A DNA stretch of 64,000 bases from Octopus vulgaris (lineage: Eukaryota). The translations under genes were made by a program, and so were the position numbers. Of this stretch, positions 57,397 to 64,000 are shown one piece after another. The stretch lies in the NCBI GenBank assembly GCA_951406725.2, contig OX597829.1, positions 15,562,001 through 15,626,000 on the forward strand, written 5' to 3'. Within the stretch, counting starts at the first letter, position 1. Each line of letters starts with the position of its first letter. Below the pieces are notes generated by a model. That model was not told the origin of the DNA, searched no databases, and saw nothing but the letters and a program-made list of their open reading frames with translations.

Positions 57397-58199
57397 GATA
57401 GAGAGATGTAATTATAAAATAAACGTATCATTAGTTAGTATTTTATATTTTATATTACTAATTATTCATTTAAAATGTCACCTTATCTTCGATAAATAGG
57501 TATAATTGTTAATACAAAACGGAAATGTGCAAACGTATTCGATGAATAGTAACCATCTTATAACATTCGTTGTAAAATATTATTGCTCAAAATATATATA
57601 TAACCGGTATGAAGTCTAGTGTAAATATGCTATTTTGAAGCAGTATATTTAGTCGATTAAATTTAAAAGTCAAAATTATATGTGCTAACAGGTTAATCAC
57701 GTGAAAATATGATAAGCTTATATAGTTAAATAAAAAAGAAAGCTACGAATACGAAATTTAGCTTGTATATTGGTCTGCAAATTATGTTTAATTTCATTAT
57801 AGTAATGATATGTAAGAATTAAGAACCTAGCCCATGCACAGTGTATTAGTATGTGGTGCTATTATTTTAATGCATCATGTGTAGTATACTAATCACAATG
57901 GAAACATTACAAATATAGAATCTATGAACCAGTGGAATATGATATTGTTTATCAATACCAATCTTATGTTATACTGTTCTAGAAATTTTATGACTGTATG
58001 TGAAGGAATCTCTGGTTTCTTCATGAACAGTGGATCTCTGTCATATAAAGTCGGCAATACTTCGCAAGTGTATAAGTTTAACACGTTTCATTTCTAGCAT
58101 AGCTTGTTTCTTTAACCAATATGCTCCATTTTAAAGTATAATTGGCGCTGGTACCTTTCACTTTTCACCAATTTGCCATTGTGTATGTATGTGCATGTA

Positions 58200-59036
58200 T
58201 TCTTTTACTCTTTTACTCTTTTCCTTGTTTCAGTCATTTGACTGTGGCCATGCTGGAACACTGCATTTTTGTCGAGCAAATCGACCCCAGGACTTATTTT
58301 TTGTGAGCCTAGTACTTATTCTATCGGTCTCTTCTGCCGAACCGCTAAGTTACGGGACGTAAACACACCAGCATCGGTTGTCAAGCAATGTTGGGGGAAC
58401 AAACACAGGCACACAAACATATAAACACACGTACGTATATATATACTCTTACTCTCTTACTCTTACTCTTTTACTTGTTTCAGTCATTTGACTGCGGCCA
58501 TGCTGGAGCACCGCCTTTAGTCGAGCAAATCGACCCCGGGACTTATTCTTTGTAAGCCCAGTACTTATTCTATCGGTCTCTTTTGCCGAACCGCTAAGTG
58601 ACGGGGACGTAAACACACCAGCATCGGTTGTCAAGCAATGCTAGGGGGACAAACACACACAAACACACAGACATACACACACATATATATACATATATAC
58701 GACAGGCTTCTTTCAGTTTCCGTCTACCAAATCCACTCACAAAGCATTGGTCGGCCCGGGGCTATAGCAGAAGACACTTGCCCAAGATGCCACGAAGTGG
58801 GACTGAACCCGGAACCATGTGGTCGGTTAGCAAGCTACTTACCACACAGCCACTCCTGCGCCTATATATATATGTATATATATTTCAGTTTCCGTCTATC
58901 AAATCCACTCACAAGGCTTTATTCGGCCCGAGGCTATAATAGAAGCCCCTTGGTCAAGGTGCCACGCAGTGGGACTGAACCCGGAACCATGTAGTTCGTA
59001 AGTAAGCTACTTACCACACAGCCACTCCTGCGCCTG
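58200..59036 (-). mobile_element. Cluster of three family A SINE pieces (3' half, full copy 58446-58863, 5' half)
   Basis: Repeated tail CTTGTTTCAGTCATTTGACTG and repeated head CCACACAGCCACTCCTGCGCCT. Confidence 0.9.
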
Positions 59037-60221
59037 TGTACGATGTAGTTACAAATCTTGAAGTTCAATGTATGTCATATATGACGTATCGGTTTTCACC
59101 AGGAGTTTATAGTGTACTGCTCTAGATAAGCATTTCTAGTTTCAAATGTCAGTTATTATCGCTCATAAAGTTACATGAGAAGATTTTTAATTTTGATTAC
59201 ATATGTTAAATTAGCTATATACAACACCTTGAGCAGAGAGACGTTATTAAAATATTATCGAATATTCGTTGACAAAGCAAATGCTTACTGAGTTGAAAGA
59301 CAAAAATCTGACTTACATAAATATAAAGGTGGGTTGCACCAGTATATATTTCTAGGCCTATTACGATTTTTTATTATTATTTACGGTTCAGCAAAATAAA
59401 GAAACTATCAAGTAATGGGATCGATTAATCGAGTGGCCTCGTATTCTAAAAGTTGCTAATCTTGTGTCTAATGTTAAAAGAATTTTAAAGAGGGTTGTAT
59501 ATGTATAGAAATATGAATGTGTCTGTGCGTGTGTATGTATATCCTGCGTATATATAAATATGTATGTCTATATATATATACACACTATGTATGAGTATAT
59601 ATGTTTGTACTTATCTATGTATATATATGTGTGTAGGAGTGTACGTGTGTACGTATGTATGTGTGCTTGCACGTGTGTTAAGAAAAAGGAGGTAATCAGA
59701 ATGCTGGATAATTATTTATTAGCGCTTTGGTTTCGTTCACGGAGACTCCAAAGAAAATTTCTTTGCCTTTTATACGAATCTAATATAGGACTTTTTTGTC
59801 ATCCGTGTGTCTGTGTATGTATAGAAAAAGAGAAGAGTAAAGAAGGGAGTAAAGAAAGAAAGAAAGGAAGACAGACAGAAAGACAGAAAAGAGAAAAGGA
59901 AGCAGAAAGAAAGAACACATTCGGGTGTGCTCTGTGATTTGTAACTTTTTCACAGATGGCTGATGTTAATGACATTTCAAGATATCAAGTTTTTTAAAGG
60001 GAGACAGAATGAAAGAAAGAAAGAAAGAAAGAAAGGACAAGAATGAAATAGAAGAAAAGATAGAGGAGTGACAAAGAACGAAAGATAGGGAGAAAGAGGC
60101 TTCTTTTCAATTGTATTGTGTTGATGTGGTCAACCTGTTGAAGTTTAATTACAATTCAAGATGTCGATTTTGATTTAGTCATTGTCTTTAAAACAATATC
60201 TTTCTCTCTTTCACTTTCTTT

Positions 60222-60266
<45 letters not shown>

Positions 60267-60325
60267 TCTCTCTCTCTATATATATCTCCCTCCTTTTCTT
60301 GTTATATACATATTAACATATTTGA

Positions 60326-60523
60326 GAGTCAAAACTATTGAAAAGGTTGCAAGACGCAGCGAAAAGTTTAGGACAATAAAAATAAGAAAAAAAGTGGAAA
60401 TTTTACCGGTGGGTGTGTTCCATTATAAGGCACAAAAAGAAACTGACTCTCCCCAGACACAACAGAATATGCTTCAACACACGAACTCATATAAAGAATC
60501 TTGCAAACCAAATCCAAAAGCCA
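60326..60523 (+). mobile_element. ~198-bp short retroposon with 11-bp TSD
   Basis: TSD AACATATTTGA (60315-60325 and 60524-60534); same GAGTCAAAACTATTGAAAA 5' end as the 49-kb copy. Confidence 0.85.
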
Positions 60524-60634
60524 AACATATTTGAAGATATACACATATACACATTCACACATACATATACAATGCACCCAATATGCAAAGCAATATGCAT
60601 ATATTGTTGTACACGGCTGTCACTACATAAACCT

Positions 60635-60873
60635 ATTTCTTTATTTCTTTACTACCCACAAGGGGCTAAACATAGAGAGGACAAACAAGAACAGACAAAC
60701 GGATTAAGTCGATTATATCGACTCCAGTGCGTAACTGGTACTTATTTAATCGAGCCCGAAAGGACGAAAGGCAAAGTCGACCTCGGCGAAATTTGAACTC
60801 AGAACGTAACGGCAGACGAAATACCCATAAGCATTTCGCCCGACGTGCTAACGTTTCTGCCAGCTCGCCGCCT
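60635..60873 (-). mobile_element. Full-length SINE family B with 17-bp TSD
   Basis: TSD TGTCACTAYATAAACCT (60618-60634 and 60874-60890). Confidence 0.9.
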
Positions 60874-61864
60874 TGTCACTATATAAACCTGATGACTGCG
60901 AAACGCTTGAAAGTACAAGTTTATCTCAATACTTTAAAATTATAAAAATTTCAAATAATAAAGCATGAAAATCAGATTTGGAATTTCATTGATTAATATA
61001 TTCTTCCATACACAATCATACAAACTCTGATATTCATAATGAAGAAATATATGGAAAAATTATCCCTTTATACAGCACGACTAATTAGCGCTCTAATGGA
61101 GTCTTAGAATATAAAACCAAGACAGAGAGAGCAAATTTCAAAGGTCAGTGTTCATATTCCCTCAATATATTTAAAAGCATCGGAATACTCCATAGCATAC
61201 ATAGACGCATTCATATACACAAGATATAATATAAAAATTTATGAATATAAATGTACTTGCGAGGTTGTATGTCCATATTAAAATCAATGAGGATATTAAA
61301 ATTTGCGGATGGTGAATATATAGCGGTAATCCAAATAGATGAGAAAGTTGGTATAAAATGATTTTAAAAGAAATCTTCAGCTGGTGCAAAGTCTGACGGC
61401 TGTTTCGGGAAGATATAGGTTGGTATGGGTGAGTTAATTCCAACCATAACAATCATGTATATTTCTCTCATCAGAGTTAATCTAAAGGATTTATAAAAGA
61501 GTTATTTAAATATTAAAGCTTTAAGCAACACGAGAACATAAAAATGACCGTTGAACAAAGGGAAATTAGTATGCAATTGACCGTTATTAAGACAAAAGAG
61601 CTATTAGAATGACCGTTAAATAAGGGGGAAAACTGGAAGGGAAGAAGTAAAAAATGTTCATAGCAATCGCGTATGTGCTCATGTACATACATACACATGC
61701 GCGCATACACACCCACGTACATGTGCCTATATGCATACCTTCCGTATACCGCTATTTTTGCGTAAAAGCTAATACAGCTTATTTTGGAAAAATCGCCACA
61801 AATCGGTTGAGGACTGTGCCCCGCATAAGAATTCAATATGGACGCCTACAAGATCGATTATTCT

Positions 61865-62445
61865 ATGAAAAACATACCTAGAGGTTCAAGGGAACTATAC
61901 TCTAAAAAAAGTTTTGGAAAAAATCACAGACCCTATTAAGTGTATGAGATAGAAAGCTTTCTTTTACAACATGGAAGAGGACACTACAGAGAACATATTC
62001 TATGGAATTAAATCAAAGAAATTCCCTCCAAAAATCAAAGGCTTGGGAGACTTCGAAGCGAACCTACTAAAGCTCATCAACAAAATAAAATTACGAAAGT
62101 CTTTTAACACTTTCCAACAGAAACTGGAAAAAGATAAATACGTAAAGAGTTCCAAACAACTGCACTTTTTTCTGATAAAAGCCAAGAACTTATGCCTTGT
62201 AGAAAACAGCACATATTCACGACTCCTACACAAGATCATCATTACTAATCACATCAAAGCTAGGCGACAAATTTATAACGAAATTAATAAAGAAGCTAGC
62301 AGTATCGCCGCCAGACTTAAATTAGATAAAAAAAAAAGAGGTCCTTCCGAAAAAAGTGGCATTTATAACTATCAATGACCATAAAAAGAACTTTCTATCT
62401 AACCCTAAATGTAGGCTTATTAATCCAGCTAAATCAGAAATTGTT
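61865..62445 (+). pseudogene. N-terminal fragment of a second PLE reverse transcriptase ORF
   Basis: YGIKSKKFPP..FEANL..INKEASSIAARLKLD, then in a shifted frame AFITINDHKKNFLSNPKCRLINPAKSEI (PLE KDHK/CRLINP motif). Confidence 0.75.
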
Positions 62446-63768
62446 TTGGCTGCTATATCTAGCATGGTGGTATCTCTTAGATACCCTTAATTATAATCTT
62501 AATAATTATATATATATGGATATTAGATTTAATCATTTAAATTCAGAATTACATGAAGAAATTTAACCACATCAAATTCGGCTTGGAACATATTGATGAA
62601 GCCTAAGTTCTTAATGAAAGTGTAAAGAACTTACTGGATTATGTAGATGATTATGTAAGTTGCATTTAAACTCTACTAATCAGTGATCATGTTACAATCC
62701 CTTCTTAAACATCGGAAATTCTACTTTATTTTACGAAGGATATACCATTCACTCAAATCACTTACTTCAAATGGATTATTTACTCCTGTTGTAACATCAA
62801 AAAGAGTACTCGATGATATTTTGATCCAAAGTGAAAGGTCGAAGCTTTCTTAACGTGTAATAGCATTCCTATTTTTAAATCTTCCATCTTTGATTCAGCT
62901 TTATCTAGTAGAAATCTTGTGATAGATGTATAATAGTTATCTATGTGAAATTACAGAAACTTAGTACTAGAATTTATTATAAATTTGTTTCACTCGCCGT
63001 GGATTTATGCAGAAACTTAATTGTTCCTCTGCTTTTAACTCTGGAATCGGTTTATCTAAGACCATCTCACTAATTCACTAATATCAGATTTAGTTGGATT
63101 TCATAATCTGATAAATGGATTTCTACTAAACAAATACCTTATGATCTTTTAATGTAAAATATGGATTTCCGGTATTAGTGGTTCAGGCTTATCATGTATA
63201 GAGAAATCTAAAGTAATTTGCAGTTCTGAGTTATTAATATTTAAAAATTTTAAGGGTGTTCTTCCTATATGAAGTTGTTCAGTTAGTTATAATTACATGC
63301 TTTACATTGCACAGGGTTTCAGTTTCATCAAAATAAACTTTATAACCTCTAAATCTGGCAATTGTCTTACTTTCTTTTTAAGACGTAATTGAATCTGTTG
63401 AAATTGACGCCAATTGTGCCAGAAACAGCTTTTCTTATCTCTGGATAATATGTATGTTCTTTTCCTTCATTGCATGTCAAATCCTAGGGAATCTTTGAAT
63501 CTAAAGATTACCTCCCTTTCTTAAGTGGTGCTGGTCATAATTGCTGTTTAGTAATTGTGGCACATCCTCTGGGGGTTGAGATAGCTTTCATAAATAATTT
63601 CGTAATGAACGCAGCGCTTAAATCTCTGGACGTACAAAGTGTCGAGGCACAATACATTAAACTGCTCCCAGGAGACATACTCAGCTCACATTGCTGATGT
63701 ATTCCTGCTATTACCACCTGAATCGTTCCAATTGGAAGAGCATAAAACAAAGAGAGATAAAATTTTGA

Positions 63769-63842
63769 TTGCCTCGATAACTGACGAGATGCGGAGCAGG
63801 TTTCCGCCCCGACAACCGAAACTCGGAGACTTATTATGGCAA
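63769..63842 (+). ncRNA. Degenerate type I hammerhead ribozyme
   Basis: TTGCC-tcg-ATAA-CTGACGA-(stem II with GCGGA..TCCGC)-GAAA-CTC g GAG-AC-TTAT-tat-GGCAA; the cleavage-site U reads A. Confidence 0.6.
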
Positions 63843-63867
63843 CCGAATAATTGTCACATATCATATT

Positions 63868-63922
<55 letters not shown>

Positions 63923-63927
63923 ATATG

Positions 63928-64000
<73 letters not shown>

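Noticed and set aside
57893-58084. 63-aa protein-like minus-strand ORF as a possible exon
   Set aside because: No consistent splice acceptor in an open frame and no recognisable domain.
60889-60910. CTGATGA-CTGC-GAAA hammerhead-like motif
   Set aside because: No stem I or stem II pairing.

Overview
AT-rich, microsatellite-saturated eukaryotic DNA with no host protein-coding gene that I can support. The SINE families resemble described octopus SINEs, so a cephalopod origin is inferred, not shown. Nearly all ORF-track entries are translated (TA)n, (CATA)n or (TAGA)n repeats. The real content is mobile DNA: a near-full-length decayed Tx1-clade LINE plus two 5'-truncated relatives, all in (TAGA)n tracts; a Penelope-like element (PLE; RT + GIY-YIG) in (TA)n; two Dong/R4-type RLE LINEs in (TAA)n; RTE remnants; non-autonomous Helitrons; MITE-like foldbacks; and many tRNA-derived SINEs. 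The most notable structure is a ~3.6-copy array of a 480/481-bp non-coding unit at 46.2-47.9 kb with one type I hammerhead ribozyme (HHR) per unit. A divergent 460-bp relative at 19.8-20.3 kb shows compensatory stem changes, making this a candidate retrozyme/circRNA family. Two apparent non-autonomous/autonomous pairings are also visible: a ~197-bp TSD-flanked element sharing the PLE 3' tail, and a SINE whose 3' tail matches the Tx1 3' end. All alignments and folds were done by eye.
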